Source: Naegleria gruberi (taxonomy: Eukaryota). Taken from it: DNA of 64,000 nt. The notes beneath the pieces are model-generated. The model made no database searches. It saw only the letters and a list, made by a program, of their open reading frames with translations, and was not told where the DNA came from. The position numbers and the translations under genes are program-made. Every line of letters begins with the position of its first letter. The first letter of the stretch is position 1. Positions 24,551-35,671 of the stretch are shown here, piece after piece. The stretch lies in the NCBI GenBank assembly GCA_000004985.1, contig GG738909.1; one strand, written 5' to 3'.

Positions 24551-26872
24551 TTATTCAATTGTAGTCTTCATGGTGCTTTCCATAAATTTCAAGTAGATTT
24601 GAGTTGTAATCTCAGTCAATTCATCAAATATATCTTCAAAAGTTGGTCTCTCTTTTGGATCAATGTGTGTACATTTCATTCCCAATAAATGAATCTTTTG
24701 AGCTTGTTCTTGAGTGAGGAAATTGAACCTCTCCACCAATTGAACTACTGAAATAAAACTTCCAAAAACATCTGCCATATTGGCAGGTCTATATCCAGAA
24801 ATGAGTGTGTGCATTGTGACTCCAAAACTGAAAATATCCAAAGCTCTAAACACAAACACTGTGTCTTGTTGCTTATTTCTCAATTCTGGTGCCATGTAAT
24901 ATAATGTGCCAGCAGTGGTGCAGGAATAGGTTTCAGGTTTGTCCACTGTGAGAGAAACATCAAAATCTGACAATTTGACATTATCAATAATCTCAACTCC
25001 ATCAATTCTCATCTTTTTCACCAAAATATTATTTGGTTTAATGTCATAATGAATCACATTCTTGGAATGTAAATATTTCATTGTATCTGAAACCTTGACA
25101 AGGGAGAATAATATTTGAACAAGTTCAATAATTGTTGGTTCAGTTATTGAAAATGAAGATAATGAATCATCCATCTTTTCCATGAATAAATGTTCGATTC
25201 CATCTTGATTATAGTGATGTAACAATTTTACAACACCATCATGTTCACAAATTCCATTCATAATTTCAATCTCACTCGTTCCAATATTATTAGAAATTTT
25301 CTCTGCAACAGGAACATTATTCATCAACACTGAATATACAGCTCCATTTGCCCCATTTCCAAGATATGTTCTATTGGCTCTGTTAATGACAGCCCCTTCA
25401 ATGACTGTGGCTCTATTTAAAGTGATAGTTGAAAGAGTTTCTCTTTTCTTCAATCTGCAAGATAAAATATATGACATATTATATGAAAAATATTCTCCAA
25501 GAGACTTGAACTCATCCAATTTCCTATTCAGCATTAAATCAGCTTGTGGAGCCAACATATATTTGAGAATGCTATTATTTGTGATGATTTCTGATTGATT
25601 GTCCACAAGTTTTGGCAAAGTGTAAATGTTAATGAAATATCTGAATGGCTCAATCTCCCCTTCTGACAATAATTCAACCAATGATTCTGCTTCAACACCT
25701 GAACTGAGTAATATTCTGACATCATGGTGATTTCTCTAATTGTAGATGCGAGTTTTTATAAGTATTGGAAATTTTTACAAATAACAAACCTTAATTAGGT
25801 GATGAGCAATTAATAATCTCATAATTTTTGTAAAATTATTAGTTTTGGCAATTTCAAATGGTGTTTCTCCCTTTCTTGGTGTGAATATTGATTTTTTAGC
25901 AAACAAACTTACACACTAATAACCATAAATGGTATTCCAAATAATTTACACTCAAAAACTTACTGACTATTCAAAAAGTTAGTTGGTTATCTTTAATAAA
26001 TACATACACACTGTGAAATGGTTGAGAAATGATCGATTACGAAATCAACTTACATTCTTTTAATTGTTAATGCTTCATTGTGGAAATGAAATTAAACTTA
26101 CATGCTTTAAAATAATTAATTTGAAAAGTAATTGAAATACTTACACACTATAAAAACGTCAGTAAACTCCAATAGATCACTATCAACTTACACACTAATC
26201 AAATTATTCCTCTGCAAAACAACTAATAAGCATACTTACTCCCTAAAATCTCTTATTCGAAACTGTATATGCTAAACTTTACTTACTCCCTAAAACCATT
26301 CAAAATCTCAAATCTACAAATCTACTTACTCCATTCTTATAATCAACCAATGGCATACTCTTCAGTAAATATTTCACAACTTTAACTTGTCCATATTTGC
26401 AAGCAATGTACAACAAAGTTCTCGCTGGAGGATAGTTCTTATTCTTCTCTGGAATTAAAACATCAAGAAGTGATGGTAAATCTTTCATTCGACTCAATTC
26501 TTTCACATTTCCTTGTTTCACCCAATAGGCAGCCAATAATGCATTGTACATTTGTGGAAACAATCGAATAGTTGTTAGTGCTGGACTCCATTGGGATGGC
26601 TGCACCAATAGTTGGAAAATAGGATGAGATGGTTGTCGGAAAGGATAATTGGAAGGAAAAGAAAAAGTGAAAACAAATGGCTCCTCCTTTCAAATTCCAA
26701 TAATTCATTCATCATTGATCAATAAATTGATAAATCTATTCGAAATAAACTCACATCAACAATTTTAAAAGTTACTGTCCATTCCGAAAGTTCATTGTCA
26801 TTCTTAGGTTCGACAGTAAAGCCAGGATGTGTCAGTTGTTTAATATCTCGCAATTCTCTCTGTACTCTCTTC
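24551..26872 (-). CDS. UBC-like (non-catalytic) N-terminal domain, ankyrin repeats and a Ser/Thr protein kinase, about 582 aa. Model is complement(join(24551..25735,25790..25870,26330..26686,26750..26872)).
   Basis: Kinase motifs: LGNGANGAVY, VAEK, HYDIKPNNILV, DFD and YMAPE. Upstream exons encode MLKRVQRELRDI...SEWTVTFKIVD and ...QWSPALTT (an E2-like fold lacking the catalytic Cys) plus ankyrin-like repeats. Introns of 54, 459 and 63 nt have consistent phase. Single-gene linkage is inferred. Confidence 0.5.
25871..26329 (-). repeat. Intronic array of about 9-10 tandem units of roughly 45-50 bp. Each unit begins with a consensus 5' splice site (GTAAGT, read on the minus strand) and ends in AG.
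   Basis: On the plus strand, ACTTAC recurs every 45-50 nt (25908, 25958, 26049, 26098, 26140, 26187, 26234, 26282, 26324). The units are separated by 3-4 nt spacers (GGAG, TGT, TCA, CAT, AAT). Confidence 0.5.
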
Positions 26873-27786
26873 AACATTCTCACAAATTTTTTTTGATTTA
26901 TTTTGTTTGATTGGTGAATATTAATAGAAAGGAAAGAAACTGTATCAATTTTGATCTACCAATTGAACTAGCGAAACACATCTATTTAAACGAAGAGAAT
27001 TGTTAACTTTTCAGCAGCAACAACTTTATATTCAATCAAAAAGCAATAAAAAAAATAAAGAAACACTCGAGCAAAACCAACACGTGAAAGATGTCATTCA
27101 TTCTTTGTGATTAATCTTGTTGGTGGTACAAAACTTTTTGATGAGTTTCTTAATCAAGTTGACAAAGAGAAACATTCTCCAACAGATTTAGTTTCTCTAT
27201 TTGCATTGACTATTAATATTAATGTCAGTACTTTGGTTGATAAGATTCCCTCCATTACTCCAATTGACTTTCAACAGTAACATCACCACTTAATTCAAAC
27301 CTTACCAAATCAAAACAGATTTGTTAGGAATAATGGAGATTTATTGCTAACAGAAATTTTCCTGAAACTAGTGGACCATTACAACGAGAATGATTGGAAT
27401 TGTAGATTGGACCGAATGAATGATTTTTTCGACCAGAAATTGAAAGATCAACATGTCAAGATAGGGTTTTCTTTCGATGAAGCTCACCTATTATTCAAAC
27501 ATGCCCAACAAAAGGTGTAAGTCAATGGCCAACTAAAGGGGGGTCTCTTCCATGCTGTTTATGAACAAAATCGACAATTTAACAATCCTGTTTTTCTTGG
27601 CTCAACATTTAACATATCAGATGCCAATCTTGATGTCAGTCGAGAAGGAAGACAATTGGTTAGACGTGTTATTGGAACTCTTCAACCATGGCTGTTGCCA
27701 GGAGTTAACACAGCATTGACTCACTTGTTTCTGGTTCACCTCAAAACGTAACCATTTTACATAGAGAATTATTACAAAAATCATAT

Positions 27787-28700
27787 GTGAATTCAAATGA
27801 CAAATTTTCCATTATTAGAGATGCTCTAGATGTTGTTATTCAATACAAGAGAATGAAAAGTTTATCCAGACTGACATCCTTCCTTAATGAAACTAAATTG
27901 ATTGATATAAAAACACACCTATTACGATTATTATTCAACAAGAATCGCGTGTTTGATTTTCGAGAAATAGACTCTGAGTTGGAAAGCACCAATCATTCCT
28001 ATACTTATTCACAAGCATTCATTGAACACTCAATTGCCCATGTTTCGAAATTATGGTTGATGATATGTGGCAATTCATGTCATATGAGTTTAAAGGAACT
28101 GGTGAGGAATTTGAATTGTTCATGGGTATGCTTCTCCTACACGAAAGTACATCATTGAAAGGACAATCCTTTACAAAAAGTCCACTATTTAAAAGTATAA
28201 CAAACTCAACGTTGAACCTAGAATTGGAAGAATGGTCAATCAACATAAAAAGCTTGCTACATGATAGAAATCTCTCAAAGATAACACTTCAAATCACAGT
28301 TGGTAATAGGTTCACTCAATTGGCAAACAATTATTTTAGAAATTCTTTTATAAAACCATATGATGAAGCATGTCCAGATGGAATGTTTTATTTAAAACAT
28401 CATCAAGAAGAAAAGTATCAATTGGTAATATGTGCCATGACCTTAATTGCTGATCCTGTTACTGACAGGCTACAACCAGATAAGGCTCTCAATTTGCTCA
28501 AAACATTAGTTCTCTACTCTGGAAAAGATGAATCAGAAATTCACACAGAAAACTCTGCTATTGGATGGATTATTGCTCCAAATATGGATGCAAATACGAT
28601 CAGTCTAACAAATTTGCGAAATTTAAAGCAAACACCAACATCTCAAGCTCTATCTTCACTTGAAAATGGTTCTTTGAAATTAATGGTTACAGAGCTCTAG
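27787..28700 (+). CDS. Hypothetical protein, 3' portion of a multi-exon gene that starts near 27100. It contains an unresolved -1 frame change around 28026-28060.
   Basis: Track ORFs 27787..28158 and 28053..28700 overlap in different frames. Upstream candidate exons end in GTGTAAGT (~27530) and GTAACC (~27748). No domain was recognised. Confidence 0.35.
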
Positions 28701-28743
28701 TAACAATACAATTACCTTGTATTATGTTTCGAATAATCAAATT

Positions 28744-30048
28744 TTATTTAGTTTTTAAAGATTGTGAAAATGATTTGGTGTCTTCGGTTGAAATAACAGT
28801 CAATCTTCTATCAGTAGCAAACACTTGTGTTCCAGCATTAATAGGAATCTTGAATTCAACTCTAGGACTTACTGAACTATCGCCTGTTTTGAAGATGACC
28901 ATCCCAGTATCACACACCACAGCAAACTTTTCATCATCTACCAAACTAATGTGATTCGAACAATTTTTTGCATTATTTCCAGTAACATAGCTCAAATTAA
29001 TTTCATAAGATTTTGAAATATGAATTCCCTTAATAGAATAACTATATACGAATGGTGGTGAGTTTCTTGCTTTACACATAAAACTAAACGTCTGCGGGGT
29101 AGAAACAATGTTGGAACAATCATTCAAATCAATTGGAACTCCAAATTGATCTATTAAGGCAATAGATGAAGACTTGCCACCTGTATCCATAACACGACGT
29201 GCACTATAATTGACAATCATGTAAGATTTTGGTCCTTTTTGAATAGTAGCAACCAGAGTATTGTCGTAATAAGTTAAGGCAAAGTATTCTTGTCTTCCCT
29301 CAACATGGAACGTATCATTAACCGAATACCACAGGGATCCAGTTGCAGCACTAAATTGATAACCAAAAGCTTTACAAAATACGTGAATGTAATCCTCAAA
29401 AAGGAAGAGTTTAACATGTCCATTAAAATCTCTGTAATGTTCCCAAAGTTGTACACCTGTATCAGAGTTGTAACATATGAGAAGATTATTATTTACGACA
29501 GCAATTCCATTTCTTCCAGATTTAACAAGAATCATTCCATAGATAGTGGAATAACTTCTAGAGGTTGTGAAACTAAAGTGAGTACCATTCAATACGGAAG
29601 TTCTCAAAATAAAGTCCATATTTGTCTTGGGATTTCTTCTCACTGTGAAATAGTAATTGCCCTCTTGTTGATACAGTGGTGAGATCTCCTTAACTAATTC
29701 TCCTTCCTCTGAAGATGGAAATTGAACGATTGGTAACAAGGTTCCATTTACAAGATCAATAGCAATCAAGAAATCCATTCCAGTGGCAATATTATTGGCC
29801 ATTCCATATAGTTGCTTGCTTAATGGATCCATCACGACAGAACGTGGGAGAATTCTCCAACCGAGATGAGCAGTTTGATAGACAGTAGATGTTGCATCAT
29901 CTCTAACATATCGACTTCTCCACATGTTTCCATCAGGCATGGCCCAACTATCATCTAAACTAGCACCATAATCAAGGCACCAAATTCCCTCAATCAAGAC
30001 GAAAAAGCTAAGCAAACAAATAGTGAATGAAAACGGTGAGTTTTTCAT
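28744..30048 (-). CDS. Secreted protein of 434 aa with a signal peptide, possibly a beta-propeller or lectin-like fold
   Basis: Single ATG ORF with N-terminal hydrophobic signal MKNSPFSFTICLLSFFVLIEG. Confidence 0.55.
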   Translation of the reverse strand: MKNSPFSFTICLLSFFVLIEGIWCLDYGASLDDSWAMPDGNMWRSRYVRDDATSTVYQTAHLGWRILPRSVVMDPLSKQLYGMANNIATGMDFLIAIDLVNGTLLPIVQFPSSEEGELVKEISPLYQQEGNYYFTVRRNPKTNMDFILRTSVLNGTHFSFTTSRSYSTIYGMILVKSGRNGIAVVNNNLLICYNSDTGVQLWEHYRDFNGHVKLFLFEDYIHVFCKAFGYQFSAATGSLWYSVNDTFHVEGRQEYFALTYYDNTLVATIQKGPKSYMIVNYSARRVMDTGGKSSSIALIDQFGVPIDLNDCSNIVSTPQTFSFMCKARNSPPFVYSYSIKGIHISKSYEINLSYVTGNNAKNCSNHISLVDDEKFAVVCDTGMVIFKTGDSSVSPRVEFKIPINAGTQVFATDRRLTVISTEDTKSFSQSLKTK

Positions 30049-30224
30049 CGTCGATACACTTTGAAATATTTGTTTTTGTGTTTTGATGGTGCCCCTGTTT
30101 ATATTAACTGCGAGATGATTGTTTGTACGATGCTACAAGCTTACTAATATCTCATAAATCTGCTACCGTATTGAACGTTTACGGTTGTGATACAGTATTT
30201 GAATACAAAATACAATCTAACATG

Positions 30225-31714
30225 TGCAATAGTCTCACAATAAATAGAAAACTTGCCATACAATTGTGTAACATTGATTTATTTTGTTATTTACAAGATA
30301 TTGTTTAGATTTGTTTCATGATCCTTAAATCCAGCTATATCATGATTGACTGGTGCAATTAAAATATCTCAGTAAAATCTATTTCACAATTCATTCTCTC
30401 AGACACTACACAACAAATGTGGAGGGAGAAATTATGATTGATGAATACTTCTCTGATGATAGTTGTTAAAATTATTCTAAACTAATATTAATTTTGAGAA
30501 GGAGTGGCAACTTGTTGCTTTTCCAACAATTTTCTTTCCTTTCTCTCTTGCTTTTGAGCTTGTTTTTCCAATTTTCTTTGAGCTTTGATTATTTGCTTTT
30601 CAAGTTTCTTTTCCATTTTCCAAGCATGCTTTTGTTCCTTCTTTTGGAGTTTCAACAAGAGCTTTTCATCAACAGTTGGTGTGACAATATCAGCATTGTT
30701 GGAAACTGGTTCAGTTGATACTTGTTGAACTGGTGGTACAGTAACAATTACTGGTTCAACAATAGGTACGTTAATTGGAACAGTTGGTTCACTATAAGTT
30801 GTGGTAGTTGAAACAGTTTCTGGTTGAGTAGAAGTATTTCCTTGTTGCTTTCTTTGCTTCTTCAATGCAATCTTTTCAAGCTTGTATTGAGCTTTGATCA
30901 ACTTCTTTTCCAATTTAAATGCTTTCTTTTCTTCCTTCTTTTCAAGTTTGAGTTTAAGTCTTTCTTCCTTGTTTGGAGATGACTTAATAGTAGATGGAAC
31001 ATTTGAGTCAATGCTAACATTGACAGGATGGAATGACTTTCTCAAAGATTTCATTTCAAATTTTAGAGTCATGATTTGTTCCTTCTTCATCTTAATTTCA
31101 TCTTTCAATAATTCAATTTGTTGCTTCTTTTCGGAAAGACTTTGAGATTGTTCTTCAGTCAATTGAAGTTTGACCTTTCTTTCTTTCTTTTCCTTTCTTT
31201 CCTTCTTTTCATGATTCAATTTCTTCTTCATTACTCTGAAAAGAATTGGTTTATCTTGTGGAATTTCTTGAATTAATTTCATCATTTCAGAAAAATCATT
31301 TTCATTATTAATTATATAAATTGTTTTTCTCTTCTCAGAAGATGGAACAATAGCCTTGATCTTGAAAGTGGATAATAACACTTCATCAGAAGAAGTAGCA
31401 GATGGTAAATCTTGAACAAATTCTCTAACAGATTCATTCAAGCCTCCGAAATTAATTAATTGGAAAACCTTTTCAATACTTTCTTCCTTGTTCTTTCTCA
31501 TGATTAATTTACCAGTGAGAGTATTATTATTATTATTATTATTATTAGTACACATTTTCTTATCAATTGTTTTAGATTATTTAAATAATTGTTTGATTTG
31601 TTTTTTTTGTTGGTTGAAAAATGAAAATAGAAAGGGTGGGAAATTTTATTTCATTCCACAACAGCAAAGTTCACCATCTCTCCAAAAATAGTTTTTTTGT
31701 AAGGTTACAACAAC
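30225..31714 (-). repeat. Copy B of the roughly 1.5-kb segmental duplication, inverted relative to copy A at 427-1905
   Basis: Its reverse complement aligns with 427-1905, including the UTR-like flanks. Confidence 0.8.
30488..31555 (-). CDS. Lys/Glu-rich coiled-coil protein, duplicated gene copy B (355 aa)
   Basis: Near-identical to 581..1642. It has 8 Asn codons rather than 6 and a few substitutions (for example ADIVTPTVDEK vs DEIVTPTVDAR). Confidence 0.6.
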   Translation of the reverse strand: MCTNNNNNNNNTLTGKLIMRKNKEESIEKVFQLINFGGLNESVREFVQDLPSATSSDEVLLSTFKIKAIVPSSEKRKTIYIINNENDFSEMMKLIQEIPQDKPILFRVMKKKLNHEKKERKEKKERKVKLQLTEEQSQSLSEKKQQIELLKDEIKMKKEQIMTLKFEMKSLRKSFHPVNVSIDSNVPSTIKSSPNKEERLKLKLEKKEEKKAFKLEKKLIKAQYKLEKIALKKQRKQQGNTSTQPETVSTTTTYSEPTVPINVPIVEPVIVTVPPVQQVSTEPVSNNADIVTPTVDEKLLLKLQKKEQKHAWKMEKKLEKQIIKAQRKLEKQAQKQERKERKLLEKQQVATPSQN

Positions 31715-31786
31715 TTAATTAACGCCAATCTTGCTTCACCTTTAATAAAAACAAGAACAAATTTCCAATACTCAACTCTTTCAACT

Positions 31787-33321
31787 TTACAATGAATATT
31801 TACAAGGAACAGATTTGCAAATTTGTGCTAATTTAGAAAGTATGGTTGAGCAAAAAATTGGCTCTTCATAATAATCTTCCAATTGTTCTGCCCATTTACT
31901 TGCTTCCTCCTCATTTGTAAATTCAACTTTTTCAGTGCAATATTCAATCAAATCATTTAGTCCATGTTCGTGAGCTTTCTTCATGACGTTTAAGAGATTT
32001 CGATTGGGAATTTCCAAATGTTCCTTTCCGTAAATGTATTCAATAATGAAAAGAGTTTCGTATGGAAAGATTTCACTAGAATTCCAAGTACCATTCTCAC
32101 TTGAGAGAAATGCTTCAAAAAATAAGCTTTTTGACATGAGAATTGTTTTGTGACATTTCACGGTGAATGAAGTGAGGCCATCTTCTGATGTAATTGAAAT
32201 GTCAATGTCAGAATCACATTCTTTGGTGAATAATTCCCATAGTGGATTAGAAATGTCCTCTTTTTCTGTAATATCCAATTCAGTTATTGAGTTATTGGAA
32301 ACTAGAAGATTGTGTAAATTATTCAAATAAATTCCACATTCGAAATTTTCAATATAATACGCAACTTTTTGTTTTGCCTTTTCAGTAAAACCAAAACTTT
32401 CCAAATATCCCAAATTAACACCTTCGAATAAAATTTTCTTCCAATAAGTCAACTCATTCTCATCAGCTTTATCCAATAGAAAGAGTAATGCAAGTTTCCT
32501 CTCCAAAATAATCGACTCCTCCTCATCCAAATCATCAGGCAACACTTCAATACTATCATACATTAGCACATCCACAATAACTTGCAATTCTTCTCTTTCC
32601 AATTTTGACAATTGACTCAACAATTTCTCATTCAGAAAGACATTTTCAAAAAATGTTGGAAACATTACTTTCAATAAGGGAATAAAGGCAGTAATTTGAT
32701 TATTCGAATCATGATTGAACTTTTTCAATGAAATTCCAGATGTATAGTTTAGTATTTCGTAATGTTTTCTTTCGGATAGTTCATCATCATGAGGATCGAA
32801 ACTAGGATGCAGAGAAATGAGTTTGATGATCAATGGATTGTCGGCTATTCCAATTGGATACAAATAATCCCACTATTGATTATTGAGCTTCTTTGAAAGA
32901 ATCGAATACTTACTGTGTACTATTAATTGATGATAAATATTATTCGAAACAAAAACTTACTGGCTAATATCATGTTTTCCAATTTCCGATTTTTTAAAAT
33001 TTACTTACAACTACAACCTAGATTACAATTTACCAATTAATTAAATTTTCACAATTAAAATTATTCGAAACTTACACCAACATTAACATTCACATTCGGA
33101 ACACTTGCCAAAACTTTTGCCATTTCAAAATCATCCGAAACACAAGCATGCATAAATAATGGACAATAGGAAAAGTATGAATTTTCACAGGTGAAGGAAC
33201 GAATTTCTTTGTTAATTATTTCTTTGGAAAGTTTAGTTTTGAGCCATCTGAGTCCTTCTACATTCTTCTCACTAATAAAATTGACGCCTTTTAGTAAAAT
33301 CTCATCAAAGTTTGTTGACAT
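31787..33321 (-). CDS. Ankyrin-repeat / BTB(POZ)-domain protein. Model is complement(join(31787..32872,33076..33321)).
   Basis: Ankyrin-like first exon (MSTNFDEILLKGVNF...LFMHACVSDDFEMAKVL). The BTB-like region is FTVKCHKTILMSKSLFFEAFLSS. The intervening 203 nt carries a GTAAGT-repeat array, which is assumed to be one intron. Phase 0 at both junctions. Confidence 0.5.
32873..33075 (-). repeat. Second intronic array of tandem splice-donor-like units (4 x GTAAGT...AG of about 40-50 nt)
   Basis: On the plus strand, ACTTAC occurs at ~32910, 32958, 33010 and 33070. The units share the TTCGAATAA motif with the 25871-26329 array. Confidence 0.4.
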
Positions 33322-33552
33322 TTTTTTTTGATTTTAACAAACAGTTGACATTTGTTGGGTTAGTACCAACATTTACAACATTTGCAAATTGTTCAGATAT
33401 AATAAAATATTCACATTTCGAAAAATCGAATAAGGACGAGAAAATTCTTACAAATTTCAACACTTTTATTCTCTCAAGAAATATATTAAAACACTAAAAA
33501 AATTAACACCAAATTAAGGAGATATGGATGAAAACATCTGAACTTGGATCCT

Positions 33553-33960
33553 TTAACACCATCTAACACCTCCAACACAACCCAATCCACCACCATAACC
33601 AAAACCACCACCGTATCCAAAACCACCTCCATAACCACCATAAAATGGAATTCCATATCCTCCGTATCCACCATAGAATGGCATTGAATAAGCACTTCCA
33701 TAATTAGTTCCATAACTACTTGGTCCAGTATATGAAGATCCATAACTTGAGTATGGTTGTGAATTGACTGCATTCACTTGATTCAAATAGGATTGAGAAT
33801 TTTGTCCATATTGATTGTAATTTCCTCCAGTGACTCCATAGTTAGAACCAGCGCCTCCTGATGTACCATAATTAGTACCGTAATTGTTGCTATATTGACA
33901 GTTGACCAAGCAAGAAGCCAAAAGTAAGGTTGCCACGAGAGCAATGATGAATTTGTTCAT
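33553..33960 (-). CDS. Secreted Gly/Tyr/Ser-rich low-complexity protein (135 aa)
   Basis: Signal peptide MNKFIIALVATLLLASCLVNC followed by (GYGG)n/(SYG)n-type repeats. Confidence 0.5.
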   Translation of the reverse strand: MNKFIIALVATLLLASCLVNCQYSNNYGTNYGTSGGAGSNYGVTGGNYNQYGQNSQSYLNQVNAVNSQPYSSYGSSYTGPSSYGTNYGSAYSMPFYGGYGGYGIPFYGGYGGGFGYGGGFGYGGGLGCVGGVRWC

Positions 33961-34385
33961 TGTTTTTGAGATGTTTTTTATGTTTGAATTGAATTTGAAT
34001 GAGGATGTTGTTAGGTGGTTATTTATATGTTTGAAAGATTGTGTTTTGAGTACTAATAGTTTGTTTCCAAATGTAAAATTGACAAAAAAGGAGTGTCTGG
34101 TTAATTTGGAAAGGTTGTTGAGTAAAAATGGAGTTGACTAAAATGTAACATTTCATTTATGTTTAATAATGGAATAAGAGGTTTGTTAATCATTTTTTAT
34201 ATTGTTTGATGAAATATTTAAGGATAATAGCGAAAATGCCTCTTATTTAGCCAAGTATAGTGAAAATCTTAAATATGGAATCTCAATAAATTTGGATAAA
34301 AGAAGGGTTGGATTTGAATTCTTGGAGAGATGATACCTTTCGGATAGGTATCGATTTAAATAATAACCAGCACAATGGGGAAATA

Positions 34386-34415
34386 GTACATATTTCACAT
34401 TTTAAGTAATTGAAT
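34386..34415 (+). promoter_or_regulatory. Conserved roughly 30-nt element immediately upstream of each 5S gene, a putative RNA polymerase III upstream promoter element
   Basis: CATATTTCACATT(T/G)TAAGTAA(T/C)TGAAT is conserved at 34386-34415 and 45208-45237. A diverged version lies at 1968-1998. Downstream flanks are not conserved. Confidence 0.4.
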
Positions 34416-34533
34416 GGCTACGGCCATATCACGATGAATGCACCTCATCCCGTCCGATTTGAGAAGTTAAGCATCGTCGAGCCACATCAGTACTGAGGTT
34501 GGAGACAACTTGGGAACCTGTGGTGCTGTAGTC
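34416..34533 (+). rRNA. 5S ribosomal RNA gene, copy 2
   Basis: 118/118 identical to copy 1, followed by a TTTTTT terminator. Confidence 0.85.
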
Positions 34534-35128
34534 TTTTTTACTTTAACAGGTTTTTCAACATTAGCTGATTTTATGTTACGGTAGTCTTTTTGTCAACAAT
34601 GAAGTATTTGGTTATACCTAATTAGATGTTTTTGATGGTGATGATGCTGAAAGTCGCTTTTGAGTTTGAACTTTGTTAAACTCTTGAATGGAACCAGGCT
34701 TGAAATTTATTGAAATTAATCATTTCAACAGTTTGCATTTGAAATTTGCTTTGAATTATAATCAAGATTCTTTAATTTGTTGCTCCACAACTTGTCCATA
34801 TAATGAAATATCATGATTTGGTTGATATCAATATTTCAAGGAGATTGAGTGGCTCTTTTATAACATTCAATGATTTAAGGTTGGGAAATTTAAAACTGAA
34901 TTAATTCAGTGAACAAAGATAACGTTTGATGTCATCCTCGTTAACAAAACAAATTACAATAATAAATAATAATTGCACCACGTTACCCTTATTACTCTTC
35001 TTCCTCAAGGAGTTTTTCTATCCAATCGCGTAGAATATAGTCGGCATTCGGATACGATCGGTTTTAAGTCCCGCTCTAAGCAAGAACGTTCTATCATCAA
35101 AAAACTTCAATTTTTAAATTTAAAAAAA

Positions 35129-35512
35129 ATGTCCAGAATTATCACCAAGAAGGAATTGGAAGAACACGACGAAAATCACAAGGATCAATGGATTGCTGTT
35201 GATGGAAAGGTTTACACAATCACTGAATATAAACATGAACATCCAGGTGGTGAAGATATTTTGCTCGAACACGCTGGTGCTGATGCCAGTGAAGCTTTTG
35301 AAAATGTCGGACACAGCAAGGATGCCAGAAATAAGTTAAAGTCATTGCTTGTTGGTGAATTGGAAGGATACAAATCATCAGGAGCCAAGGATGAAGTTTC
35401 ATCATCAACAACAACTTCTGCATCATCAGGATCATCAGTTATGCCAATTATTGTTGGTCTTGTTGCTGTTGTTATTGCAGCTGGCGTTTACTTTACTAAA
35501 ATTGCACAATAA
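35129..35512 (+). CDS. Cytochrome b5 with a C-terminal membrane anchor
   Basis: Heme-binding HPGGEDIL...FENVGHS motifs and a C-terminal TM segment PIIVGLVAVVIAAGVYF. ATG at 35129. Confidence 0.85.
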   Translation: MSRIITKKELEEHDENHKDQWIAVDGKVYTITEYKHEHPGGEDILLEHAGADASEAFENVGHSKDARNKLKSLLVGELEGYKSSGAKDEVSSSTTTSASSGSSVMPIIVGLVAVVIAAGVYFTKIAQ

Positions 35513-35671
35513 ATTAATAAACAATTAAATATTTAAAATCTCCTAAAATTTATCTCCATTTGTTAAAATTGTTTGAATTGCTCAACAACAAGCTTTTTCA
35601 ATCTAAATAAATTTAAAATTCACTTTTTTTTAATACAAAAAACCTTGGAAGAATATGTGTCCTAAGTTAAA

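Noticed and set aside
25871-26329. Interpreting each GTAAGT...AG unit as a real intron separating 3-nt micro-exons
   Set aside because: Spacer lengths are mixed (3 and 4 nt), so serial splicing would break the frame. A single long intron with internal repeats restores phase 0 between the flanking ankyrin exons. I kept the micro-exon reading as an alternative in the findings.
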